A stretch of DNA of 63,966 nucleotides, the filler included, from Lenisia limosa (lineage: Eukaryota; Protista; Breviatea), in the NCBI GenBank assembly GCA_001655205.1. It is 22 parts of 22 records of this genome, joined end to end, with 100 filler letters (N's around TTAATTAATTAA, not from the genome) between each part and the next. Parts side by side here need not be neighbours in the genome. Positions count along the whole stretch, not along the records: positions 43,135 to 45,886 come from LPNZ01011448.1; positions 45,987 to 48,865 come from LPNZ01009634.1; positions 48,966 to 50,399 come from LPNZ01005646.1; positions 50,500 to 53,356 come from LPNZ01007014.1; positions 53,457 to 56,009 come from LPNZ01011597.1; positions 56,110 to 57,783 come from LPNZ01004058.1; 16 more parts are not named here. One strand, written 5' to 3'. Below are positions 45,841-56,888 of the stretch, one piece after another. Both the position numbers and the translations under genes were made by a program. Under the pieces are notes generated by a model. That model saw only the letters and a program-made list of their open reading frames with translations. It did no database searches and was not told the origin of the DNA. Numbering within the stretch: the first letter of the stretch is position 1; each line of letters opens with the position of its first letter.

Positions 45841-48800
45841 GTTTTCTTGCCCCAAAATTAATTCCGAATTGACCATTTTCCAGGAGNNNNNNNNNNNNNN
45901 NNNNNNNNNNNNNNNNNNNNNNNNNNNNNNTTAATTAATTAANNNNNNNNNNNNNNNNNNNNNNNNNNNNNNNNNNNNNNNNNNNNTATTATCCTGATAT
46001 TCACCTGTTTTGTAGAGGAGAAAACGAGAAGCTATCCCTTGTCAGTATGAACATTGGAGACTTACCAGTCACATACTTCCTCTGTCTCGGATGTCGTGAT
46101 GTAAGCGTGGACCATTTTGGACAGATTACAAATTTATTGTTTGTGCAAGTGAAATTAATCTCAATCTCTATTGTACCAAATGTGAAACTTACCATTGTAG
46201 CTGACAAAGGAGCATAAGAGCTGCTCGTTCTGCAAGGACTTCTACAGAGCAGATCGTTTTGAAGATTGGTNNNNNNNNNNNNNNNNNNNNNNNNNNNNNN
46301 NNNNNNNNNNNNNNNNNNNNNNNNNNNNNNNNNNNNNNNNNNNNNNNNNNNNNNNNNNNNNNNATTATAATATGATAGAGAATACATATTATTACATATT
46401 ACATACTTCCATTAACGCCCCACCCTCTTATCCCTCAGGGTTTTGTGTGAGTATGAGTTTCCGAATAGCCCCTCAGAATGTGCCCAAGGCTGCCATATGA
46501 ACTGCTACCTTCATTACACCGGGTCTTGGACCAGTGAGAGGGTCGGTGTTTTTATATTCGTCATCTGTGTGCATATTATATTGTATTCCTCTCATTGTTT
46601 ATTCAAGGTGAAAACCAAGCTTATTTCTGCAACCTGCATTTTATCCGAGATATGGGTGCCAAAATCCACCCTCCTCTTCAGGTTTGAGGTGTATGAAGTA
46701 TAATCCGCTAATTTCATAATGAATTGTCTGTATATATATAGTTAAAACCGCGAACATGATTAAAACCGCGAACAAAAAGGAGGCTTTTCTTTCAATTTTT
46801 GAGTCAATACGCTCCTTATTTACGCCTCTTTCGCATTTTTTGCAAATTATCGCCCGAAACACTCCTTTATACAGGGTTTTATTCAGAAAATAGGCAGGGG
46901 TATCAACATACATGCAAAATACCACCTTCCAATTTTTCATGCGAAATACATTAAAAACACTGATTATGGGCCTAGAATTGTCCCTGCGATAAAGTGAAGA
47001 CGTTCTTGCACCATCAGATTTGATTTTTTCCACTCTTGAGTAACCTAGAGACATTTAAGTAGAGAATACGAAACAAATAGGGCAAAAAATGAGCGTAAAT
47101 TTCCCATAAATGGGCGAAAATATGATAGGAGATGTTAATAAATCAAACGAATTTGACTCTTATTTTGTGCCGTTCCAGAACGGTAAATGGGTTATTGACG
47201 CAGTATATACCTTAATCAGACGTCTATATCGTCCATTGGCTCTATTATAGAGACTGAACAAGGAAAATTCTTGAAAAGACCGTTACAAAAGTTGTCTTAA
47301 ATACCTCAAAACCACTACATTTTCTCCAAAAATGGACTNNNNNNNNNNNNNNNNNNNNNNNNNNNNNNNNNNNNNNNNNNNNNNNNNNNNNNNNNNNNNN
47401 NNNNNNNNNNNNNNNNNNNNNNNNNNNNNNNNNNNNNNNNNNNNNNNNNNNNNNNNNNNNNNNNNNNNNNNNNNNNNNNNNNNNNNNNNNNNNNNNNNNN
47501 NNNNNNNNNNNNNNNNNNNNNNNNNNNNNNNNNNNNNNNNNNNNNNNNNNNNNNNNNNNNNNNNNNNNNNNNNNNNNNNNNNNNNNNNNNNNNNNNNNNN
47601 NNNNNNNNNNNNNNNNNNNNNNNNNNNNNNNNNNNNNNNNNNNNNNNNNNNNNNNNNNNNNNNNNNNNNNNNNNNNNNNNNNNNNNNNTAACAACATTTC
47701 ACGTAGTAGACACGCAATGTATATAGTATGACATCCATTATTTTCCCCATCAAAACCGTTCAACTCTTATATTTTTGTTTTTTACTATTTTTAGCTTTTA
47801 TCCTGAAAAAATGTACCATTCTTCACATTCCAGTTAAGTGATGTGGAAAGCCCACCAAACTTAAAACACAAACCCAAACCAGTGATAAAAGCGGTGGGTT
47901 GGTGGTAATATATCATATTTTTTCTTGTGTAAAGGTTTGTTTTTATCTTCAACAGGGCTAATATTTTCACATTGTTTTCAGATCAATAATTGTGGGAAAG
48001 TACCCCCAAAATATTCAAATCAAAGATTCTCCATCTTCACAGTTCCGTCTTATTTCAATGCAGGCCAACCCAAACCCCATACCAGTGAAGGTTGCTGTTC
48101 AGCCAATTGTTATTAAAAAGAAGCCTGAAAAAAAGAAACAACCGCTCTCGTTCCCTTACTCCCTGACCACTCAACCCCCCAACACCACTGTTACCAATCA
48201 ACCGCCCCCTGTTGCCGTAAGCAGCGAGCTTCTGTATACTATACGATCAATACAATGATTCAATAGAATGATACGATATACTAATATGCGATATTACATA
48301 TATGTTATGATATTATACAGTATATAATTACTAAACCATACTATCTATATAAATATGAGAAATAAAACAAGGTTGCAGCCCTCCATAAGAGATATTGGAT
48401 TAGAATATTATTAATTCACCCAATCATTTGCCTGAGCACTCTGTGAACACAGCTTTCTGCTTTCCTCTCAAAAGATAAATATTGTAACACTTGATGAGTT
48501 TTTTACCTGGTGTCTGTCATCTAGTATTTTATTTCAGTGTACCATTAACTCTCTCCTCTTAGTTGAATAAAACTAAGAATTAGTGCCCCCCCCCCCNNNN
48601 NNNNNNNNNNNNNNNNNNNNNNNNNNNNNNNNNNNNNNNNNNNNNNNNNNNNNNNNNNNNNNNNNNNNNNNNNNNNNNNNNNNNNNNNNNNNNNNNNNNN
48701 NNNNNNNNNNNNNNNNNNNNNNNNNNNACTATATGATATACATAATTATGTATAGAAAATTATAGTATTATATCAATATATCTGGTATCTGTATATAAAT

Positions 48801-49625
48801 ATAATACGTATTATATCTCACCCCCTCCCTTTCAGAACCGACCCCAAATTACCACATTCACCGCCNNNNNNNNNNNNNNNNNNNNNNNNNNNNNNNNNNN
48901 NNNNNNNNNTTAATTAATTAANNNNNNNNNNNNNNNNNNNNNNNNNNNNNNNNNNNNNNNNNNNNCGAGGGTTGAACAACAAACAGCCCAAGCCAGTCCC
49001 TTCTGCACCCATCACTCCATCGTACGAGGTATTATTGAGTACAAATTTCCTTCAATTTATAGAATCATAATAAATCATCTACACAATTAAATCATTGAAT
49101 CCTCCAGCCAGCCCCTCCCTACAAATTCTGAGAAGAGATTTTAAAAAAAGAAGAAACAAGAAGAAAAAGAAAAAAAAGACAAAGAAAATCCCCCCAAACC
49201 AATGCATAGAACACGTCTATCAATTCACCTCCATCCCTAAAAGGATTAAACTCGGTCAAACAGAGTGGATAGAGTGATCGAGAAAAGTCCTGTCACGATT
49301 GACTAAAGATAAAGCTTAACCCCCCCCCCCCNNNNNNNNNNNNNNNNNNNNNNNNNNNNNNNNNNNNNNNNNNNNNNNNNNNNNNNNNNNNNNNNNNNCT
49401 GAATCGTAAATATGGCTTGTCACAGGCCAAAACGGGTTAAATTTCCATTGGACCTCCCAAAAAACTGAAATTTTCGACAATCATCAGCATGGCTTCTGTT
49501 ATTTTTATTTGAATATAATTATAATATATATTATGTAGATCATACAATATATATCATACTATATAGAGCTTATTATTTTTGATACAGTGTACGTGATAAG
49601 TCATGTGTTATTATGGCTATAAGTA

Positions 49626-49720
49626 CGGCTTCCCTACGGTCCGAAAAAGACAGGTAAAATATCGATATTTATCAAGGACATATCGAGAATTCAGTCTTTT
49701 TTGGGACCATAGGGAAGCCC
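49626..49720. mobile_element. MITE family A, subtype A2 (TIR GGGCTTCCCTACGGTCC)
   Basis: TA|CGGCTTCCCTACGGTCCGAAAAAGAC...GTCTTTTTTGGGACCATAGGGAAGCCC|TA. Other A2 copies at 12919, 30787, 39998, 43164, 56374 and 58838. Confidence 0.9.
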
Positions 49721-51411
49721 TAGCTATAAGTCATCCAATATGATCGCGTCATTAGCGGATATGGGACAAAAATTCGACAAAATCAGACCAACAATGACCA
49801 ACAATATGTAGTGAGGCAAAGTACAACAGTACCAATCGCCCGCCACCAACATTGTATTCAGCGTGTGTAAGAACAAAAAGAAGGCAGAAGACAGCAAGAA
49901 GTGCCTTAAACGTCATCTTAAAGTAGGAGGCTACAGCGTGGAAAACTACTTATAGGCTTTTTCGACTTTATGTTGTCTTACTATCTTGATTTTCGTAGCG
50001 ATTTTTTCGTGTGGCAATTGTTTTTTCTTCTATTGAAAAGTCGGGCGATCCAGTGTGATCTGGGAACTACTCCTCTCCATTTCATCCTTTTTTCCCCTTC
50101 TCTTGGTGATAACACAACCTCCCTGCAACCTCCCTTTGCAGTAACTCAGTCCAAGGCAAAAGGCAAGGAGGTGTTGATCCACCTGAGTGTTTATCTCCGC
50201 CTTGGTTGATCTGTCTATATGTCAGTTTTCGGGCAGCAGCAACCAAATGCCGTTGAGAGACTTGTGGGAGGGGGGTTAGTGTATTTCTTTGTTTGATTGA
50301 GAGACTTTATCAATTTGCTGTTGAAGATTTGTGTGTGAAAGGGTAGTGATGAGCGTTGATGGAGTGGGATAGCATGTCCTGTGTTTATGTGTGTTTGTCN
50401 NNNNNNNNNNNNNNNNNNNNNNNNNNNNNNNNNNNNNNNNNNNTTAATTAATTAANNNNNNNNNNNNNNNNNNNNNNNNNNNNNNNNNNNNNNNNNNNNC
50501 CCCCCCCCCCCCTCACATTCGCCCCAACTCAGATGGACCGTGCCCAGAGTAGCCTTAGTATTGCGTCCCATGTATCAGACACCCCCGTAATGGGCGGCGA
50601 AGTTCCTGACGACTCACCAACGCCAACATGGACTTGCCTTATTAGGAATGGTAAAAGGGCGACTTGCCTGATTAGGAATGCTGCCATAGGAGACTTGACC
50701 TCTTTCTTTTTTTTTTTTGTATGATTTTTCTTCTGTTTCCTTTTCTGGCACCGCCTTCCTCTTAACCCCTTCTTCAGACACACACAGTTACANNNNNNNN
50801 NNNNNNNNNNNNNNNNNNNNNNNNNNNNNNNNNNNNNNNNNNNNNNNNNNNNNNNNNNNNNNNNNNNTCTCGATAAATCCTCGAAACCTATTGATATTTT
50901 ACCGGTCTTTTTCGAACTGGAGTGAAGCGGAGGCGAAGTCCATCCCTATGCTTTTGTTTTTCCAAAAAAAATAATGAATGGAATTAAAACAGCACATGCA
51001 AAAATAATAAAGCTACAAACCTCAATTGAAAGCTTTGTGAGTTCAGCATTGTACCATGAACGTTCCAATGAATTAAGCAATCTGCTACTTTGTTTCTTGA
51101 TTTGTCTGCATCATTTCCATAAGGTAAATGTAATATCACCAGACTGAAACCTGCATTTGACAAGGCAAGCAAAAAGTCCATTGACTTTTGCGACCGTGGT
51201 TATTTAAATAAGTTGACAACCTTCACAGCAGCTCTATAACAAATACAAGAAAAGGCGTATCGTTATATCAAAGCAACATTTTCCAATAGACTGATCAAAT
51301 ACCTGTTGTGCATACGATGAACCAACACTCGTCGACGACTTTTAGCTTCCCTCTCATCTAATATTAAAATGTCTTCCAATTGCTACCTTGGATCATTATC
51401 ATCCCCTCCCC

Positions 51412-51560
51412 CGATTGGAAGCGGTTTTACAGAAGCGACTGGCCTGGGCTTTGTTGGTGTTGTTGTTCTCAACCCTCGTGTTGGCAGCCAATGGAGTTGA
51501 TTTGGGCTTTTTTTATGATTATGTTTAATCAATTTTCCGATCTTAACCCCCTTCCCCCAG
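51412..51560 (+). repeat. Family B intronic repeat, full copy ending at the acceptor
   Basis: CAGAAGCGACTGGCCTGGGCTTTG...TCAACCCTCGTGTTGGCAGCCAATGGAGTTGATTTGGGC...CTTCCCCCAG. Confidence 0.9.
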
Positions 51561-52961
51561 ACCTCTACGGTAGTGCGGGTGATGCCTCTCTCCAGGCCTC
51601 TCCTAGTGTTATTTCCTTCGGCGATGTTGAAGTCGGCGGTCATGGTGGGGATGGGACAAATGATATAAATTAACAAAATAAAAATAAAATGATATTGTAC
51701 ATTAGAAATTTAGGGAAACAAATAATTTATATGGTGGGTTTGGGAATCCTGTAGTAAAAGAGGGGTGTGGGGCTGGGGTAATAAACAGTGGTGACCATGA
51801 TAAGTCTTGACAGATTTTCCTTGGGAAATCCCATAGCAAATTGACTAAGACTTATCCCAGGTCATGCCACTATTCTCCCGAATGACGCTCCCCCTTAGTG
51901 AATTTTAGCGTCCTCACTAATCTCCCCTTAGGACACGCCGACGTCGAGGTCATCAACGTATCAAACGTGGAAGCGATCTGTCAACTACAAACTTCTCCCC
52001 CGTTCGCCACCGATCATCAGATCTNNNNNNNNNNNNNNNNNNNNNNNNNNNNNNNNNNNNNNNNNNNNNNNNNNNNNNNNNNNNNNNNNNNNNNNNNNNN
52101 NNNNNNNNNNNNNNNNNNNNNNNNNNNNNNNNNNNNNNNNNNNNNNNNNNNNNNNNNNNNNNNNNNNNNNNNNNNNNNNNNNNNNNNNNNNNNNNNNNNN
52201 NNNNNNNNNNNNNNNNNNCAGGTCTAGAATCCATTTTAGTTTCCCTTGTTGGCCATGGAGGTACCATAGACATGGCAACGAACCTGGCTCTTACCACTCC
52301 CCTCAACCCTCTGGGAGAGGTGGTGGTGGTCAGCTCAGCGCGACGTCCTCTCGAATTGCCTTCGTTGGGTCTTGAACCTTACGTGTTCGATGCGGGCAGA
52401 ATCGCCACTGGTGAGGACAGGGGGTAGAGGGAGGATGTATTGGTGCTTCTTGATCTTCCATTAAAGCAGGGTGCCAACCCAGAAACTGGCTCGGATAAAC
52501 TACAAATTAAGCCAAAACCATCTGCTTTAAGAAATACAGAACTAGGGTATCACAATTTAACACGCAATATTCTGAGTCATTCTTCTATGGCTTCACTTCG
52601 GTTCGTAAAAGTACCGGTAAAATATCGATAGTTTTCGAGGATTTATCGAGACAATCAGTCTTTTTTCGAACCCAAGTTAAGCCCTACATTCTTATATCTC
52701 AAGACAAACCTCCTCCCCTCTTTCTTGCTTCATAAATATTATCAACCCTCGTGTGTTACGAGCAAACAGAGTTGATTTTGTGCTTTTTTTATTATTTTTT
52801 ATTATTATTATTATTTTTATTATTATACAAATATATTGTTTTTTTTCAAAGTTTGTCTAATTTCACCCTCATCTAGGCCAAACCCTGACTAAAATGTTGA
52901 CTATTACCAACACCGGTACTCTTGATGCAACTCTGGTGGCCGTGACGTCTAGTGAACTTGG
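51561..52961 (+). CDS. ASH/HYDIN-type Ig-like repeat protein, internal fragment
   Basis: Exons SLQASPSVISFGDVEVG, ADVEVINVSNVEA...TSPPF, SILVSLVGHG, PYVFDAGRIAT-GQTLTKMLTITNTGTLDA fit the ASH-domain pattern (P..+.FG.V.+G ... +.+.N.G). Confidence 0.6.
52588..52684. mobile_element. MITE family A1 copy with TA flanks, intronic
   Basis: TA|TGGCTTCACTTCGGTTCG...TTCGAACCCAAGTTAAGCCC|TA. Confidence 0.88.
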
Positions 52962-53290
52962 TGGGGGAGAAAACGGAAAGTCTCCCGAAAAATAGACACA
53001 AATATTACTGTCTCCGTGAAAGTAATTATAATTTTAAGGCGGATATTTTAGCTTGAACCTTATTCCAGACATTTTTCTAATTTTGTCAAGTACAAATATT
53101 GTGTAACGTGTGTCTAAAACTTCATACCATTTCTAATCCCCCCCCCCCGCCCAGAATTAGTGCATTGGCGACCGGTGGCAGCACAAACAGAGAAGCGACG
53201 GCGTGGCCTTTCGCTCTACAGCAACAGACAGGTGCAGGACCATGAAGTGGGGGGATAAATTTGAAAATTAAAGACAAACATGTATACATA

Positions 53291-53352
53291 CAGTGACTGG
53301 GATAAGTCTTGATTTGCCTGGAAAAATAGGTCAAGATTTATCCGGGTCACTG
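53291..53352. mobile_element. MITE family D (Tc1-like CAGTG ends, TA TSD)
   Basis: TA|CAGTGACTGGGATAAGTCTTGA...TCAAGATTTATCCGGGTCACTG|TA. Other copies at 21008-21084, 23458-23532, 31990-32066, 44332-44409, ~51790-51866 and ~53928-53998. Confidence 0.9.
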
Positions 53353-53456
53353 TATANNNNNNNNNNNNNNNNNNNNNNNNNNNNNNNNNNNNNNNNNNNN
53401 TTAATTAATTAANNNNNNNNNNNNNNNNNNNNNNNNNNNNNNNNNNNNNNNNNNNN

Positions 53457-55765
53457 GCATCTAAATCCACCCCATGTACCATCGTCTCAGCAGCCACTAT
53501 ATCCGGCCCGGACCTCGCTGAAATCATTCTTGCTGCTCTACACAACAAATCTTGGGTAGTTATACGCGATATGGAAGTTCGAGCCGTGCCGGGTGGCCAT
53601 GATTTCCTCCGGGGCTGTCTTTCGCAGTGGTCCCATGCCGCCGCCGTGTCAGGGACTGAGGTTTGTGGGGGGGGGGGGGNNNNNNNNNNNNNNNNNNNNN
53701 NNNNNNNNNNNNNNNNNNNNNNNNNNNNNNNNNNNNNNNNNNNNNNNNNNNNNNNNNNNNNNNNNNNNNNNNNNNNNNNNNNNNNNNNNNNNNNNNNNNN
53801 NNNNNNNNNNNNNNNNNNNNNNNNNNNNNNNNNNNNNNNNNNNNNATATAGAGCAATATGGAACAATTTTAGAAATAAGAACAATATGAAATGCATTTGA
53901 ACTTAACTTTTGGTTCCAAAAGACATACTATTCTTACCAGGCAGTCTTGACCTATTTTCCTTGACATAACAAATCGGACAAAACTTGTCCCGGTCACTAT
54001 AATGATCGTATACATAAAAGTCGGACTATTTTGCAAGGATTATCGACACTTCAGGTTTTATTTGAACCCAATTTGAAGCTCAATATTGGCTGTTTAGAAC
54101 CGCAAAGAATCTCCNNNNNNNNNNNNNNNNNNNNNNNNNNNNNNNNNNNNNNNNNNNNNNNNNNNNNNNNNNNNNNNNNNNNNNNNNNNNNNNNNNNNNN
54201 NNNNTTTGGGCTTCTTTTTTTTTTGTTTCATAATTTCACTCTCCCAAAAAGATACTTCACCTCACCCCCTCCAACAGTCTTCGACGTTCCGACTATGGCT
54301 CCTATACAACGAAAATGTGGTTGAGTACCTTCCACCAACAATTTCAGTGGCAAAAACGGTGGGGGTTTGAGTGACCGTACTTTTAGGCAGAGGGTGTTGA
54401 ATGTGAAATATTCTGTGTTTATGATGCTGTTTTGGACTTGCTTTATTTGGAGTCGTTTTCTGTTAATTTGACATTTTAGTCGTCTGTTCNNNNNNNNNNC
54501 CATCCACCAAGTTTCATATTATTTGTTTTGTTACTGTTTATTTGTTGCTACTTCCATTCTTGTCCACCTATCCACCCATTCACCCCGCAGACCAGTATAT
54601 CCCGAAATGCCTCAACAGAGAGTCTCAGAACTCCGCATGTTTTAGTCAGTCGGCCCTCCACAGATTCGTTCGTCGTGAAGAACCTTGTCAGTGACCTTGC
54701 GCAAGTGGTGGGGGGGGGGGTAAACGAAGGAAATTTCGATGAAGAATATTGGCGTAAAGGTACTAATCACGAACCGAATAATCTGAATGTATCTATAACT
54801 ATTCTCACCTCCTGCATGGGCTTATTTTGTTGTGATTTTTCAGCCCCAGCCTTCAGATATTGCTATTTTTGTTCCATTATTCTAACAGTTGATTTTGGGC
54901 TTTTTTGTTCAAAAATTCAATTTTACCCCCAATAGACATTTTCGCAGCGCTCAGCCTCGCGGCCGGCGTCAGCAAGCGGTCGTCCAGTTTCGGCCCATTC
55001 CCGGCCGGATGCCAAGATCATTGAGATCACTCCGCCTGCTGAGGATAGAGCTTCCTGTNNNNNNNNNNNNNNNNNNNNNNNNNNNNNNNNNNNNNNNNNN
55101 NNNNNNNNNNNNNNNNNNNNNNNNNNNNNNNNNNNNNNNNNNNNNNNNNNNNNNNNNNNNNNNNNNNNNNNNNNNNNNNNNNNNNNNNNNNNNNNNNNNN
55201 NNNNNNNNNNNNNNNNNNNNNNNNNNNNNNNNNCATAGGCCTGCCGCTTTGGCTTGTCAATCAAGCCTGTTAACGCATCATAGGCCTGCCGCTTTGGCTA
55301 GTCAACCAAGCCCTGTTAACCCGAAGTGTTACCCCGAGTGCTAAGGGCATTGTCAGTGCAGCCCTACAGGCGGCTTCTATTGAAGTGAGTCTTGATGTCA
55401 GGATTACAGGAAGGCTTTTTTAAAAGAGAAATAGTATATTATATTCATATATATATATAGTATATATATATGCATTACAAATCTAGTGGAAACAAATACC
55501 TATGCACATAGCTGGCCTGGGCTTTGTTTGTTTTGCTGTTATCAACCATCGTGTGTTGCTTGCAAACAGAGTTGATTTTGGTCCTTTTGCTTCATAATTC
55601 CAATTTTGCTCCCCATCGCCCTCTTCACAACCATAAAACTCCTTCCCAATACAATCCGTTCAAATTCAACAGGACGCTGCAGGCGAAAGCGCACGTATGG
55701 CTTTTGCCTCGGCATGTGTCGTTTCTACCCTTATTGCCAGACAGGAGCTTGGCCCAAGTAGGGAG
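53457..55765 (+). CDS. Hypothetical multi-exon gene fragment
   Basis: Exons GPDLAEIILAALHNKSWVVIRDMEV...GTE, TSISRNASTESLRTPHVLVSRPSTDSFVVKNLVSDLAQ, TFSQRSASRPASASGRP..., DAAGESARMAFASACVVSTL. No family recognised. Confidence 0.5.
54718..54782 (+). repeat. Family G ~65-bp dispersed repeat
   Basis: GGGGTAAACGAAGGAAATTTCGATGAAGAATATTGGCGTAAAGGTACTAATCACGAACC. Copies at 9704-9750(+), 26725-26765(+) and 41358-41405(-). Confidence 0.8.
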
Positions 55766-55855
55766 GGAACTATTGATATTGACGGGAGTGAGGGAGGGAC
55801 AATCTGCAACCGGTCCCCATCTTGATTGACTGACCAGTTCTATTCATTTGGGGAT

Positions 55856-55968
55856 TGAAACTGGGATCACAAAGACTAAAGTCTCTATTGAAACTAGGAT
55901 CATAGAGATAAAACCTCTTTTGAAACTAGGATCATAAAGATAAAGTCTCTCTTGAAACTAGGATCATC
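55856..55968 (+). repeat. ~32-bp minisatellite, about 3.5 units
   Basis: Unit TTGAAACTAGGATCATAAAGATAAAGTCTCT(C). Confidence 0.85.
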
Positions 55969-56143
55969 ACGATCCATATATTGAACCCCAAAGCACTTAT
56001 TTTTTTTTTNNNNNNNNNNNNNNNNNNNNNNNNNNNNNNNNNNNNNNNNNNNNTTAATTAATTAANNNNNNNNNNNNNNNNNNNNNNNNNNNNNNNNNNN
56101 NNNNNNNNNCCCTATTGATGCGTTTTCTGTCTTCTCTGGCAAG

Positions 56144-56854
56144 GAGCGTTTATTTGCTCTGACCAACATTCTCTATGGCCTTGTGTGTGACATTGATTTC
56201 GAAAGCGAGAAGGTGGGGGATGAAGTTGGGTGTGTGTACGACTTCGGCCAGATACTATATTCCAATATCTCTAATAAGCATGTATGGACGGCTTCGACCA
56301 GATACAAACGTGTTTTATTTCTCATATCTACATACGATATCAAATAGTACAACTATTCCAACGTCCTCAAAATGAAAAAGACTGAATTTCACGATAAATC
56401 CTCGATAAACAATATTTTTTGTACTTTTTTGGACCGTAGAGAAGCCTCTCTCACTCTTCAGTGGAGATGGATGGGCACGCTGCGCTTCTCTCTTTATGCC
56501 CTCTTTCGAATAATTCGTCCTCGCGAATACTCAGGTACGCCAGTTTTTTTCAATTTTACCCCCACCTTCCAATTTTACCGGATGCGGTGCTGCAGAAGCG
56601 ACTGCCCTGGGCTTTTTTTTTTGTTGTTATCAACCCTTGTGTGTTGTCAGCCAACAGAGTTGATTTTGGGCTTTTTTTGTTTCATAATACATTTAATATA
56701 TCTTTTCTATTTTACCCCCGCAGCTGTCCTGGCGTTCCTTCCCGATAGTAACGACCTTCCCGACTCAGTTACTCCCATTGCCTCCTTTCCCGTACACCAC
56801 CTTAAACAGCCGGTTGAATTCATCGTAGGGGAGGGCAGTTGGAGAGAGAGAGAG

Positions 56855-56888
<34 letters not shown>

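Noticed and set aside
45305-45934. Asp-rich or His/Ile-rich ORFs from the GAT/CAT arrays (also 35591-35824)
   Set aside because: These are translations of intronic satellite DNA and N runs; the flanking exons belong to other frames or strands.
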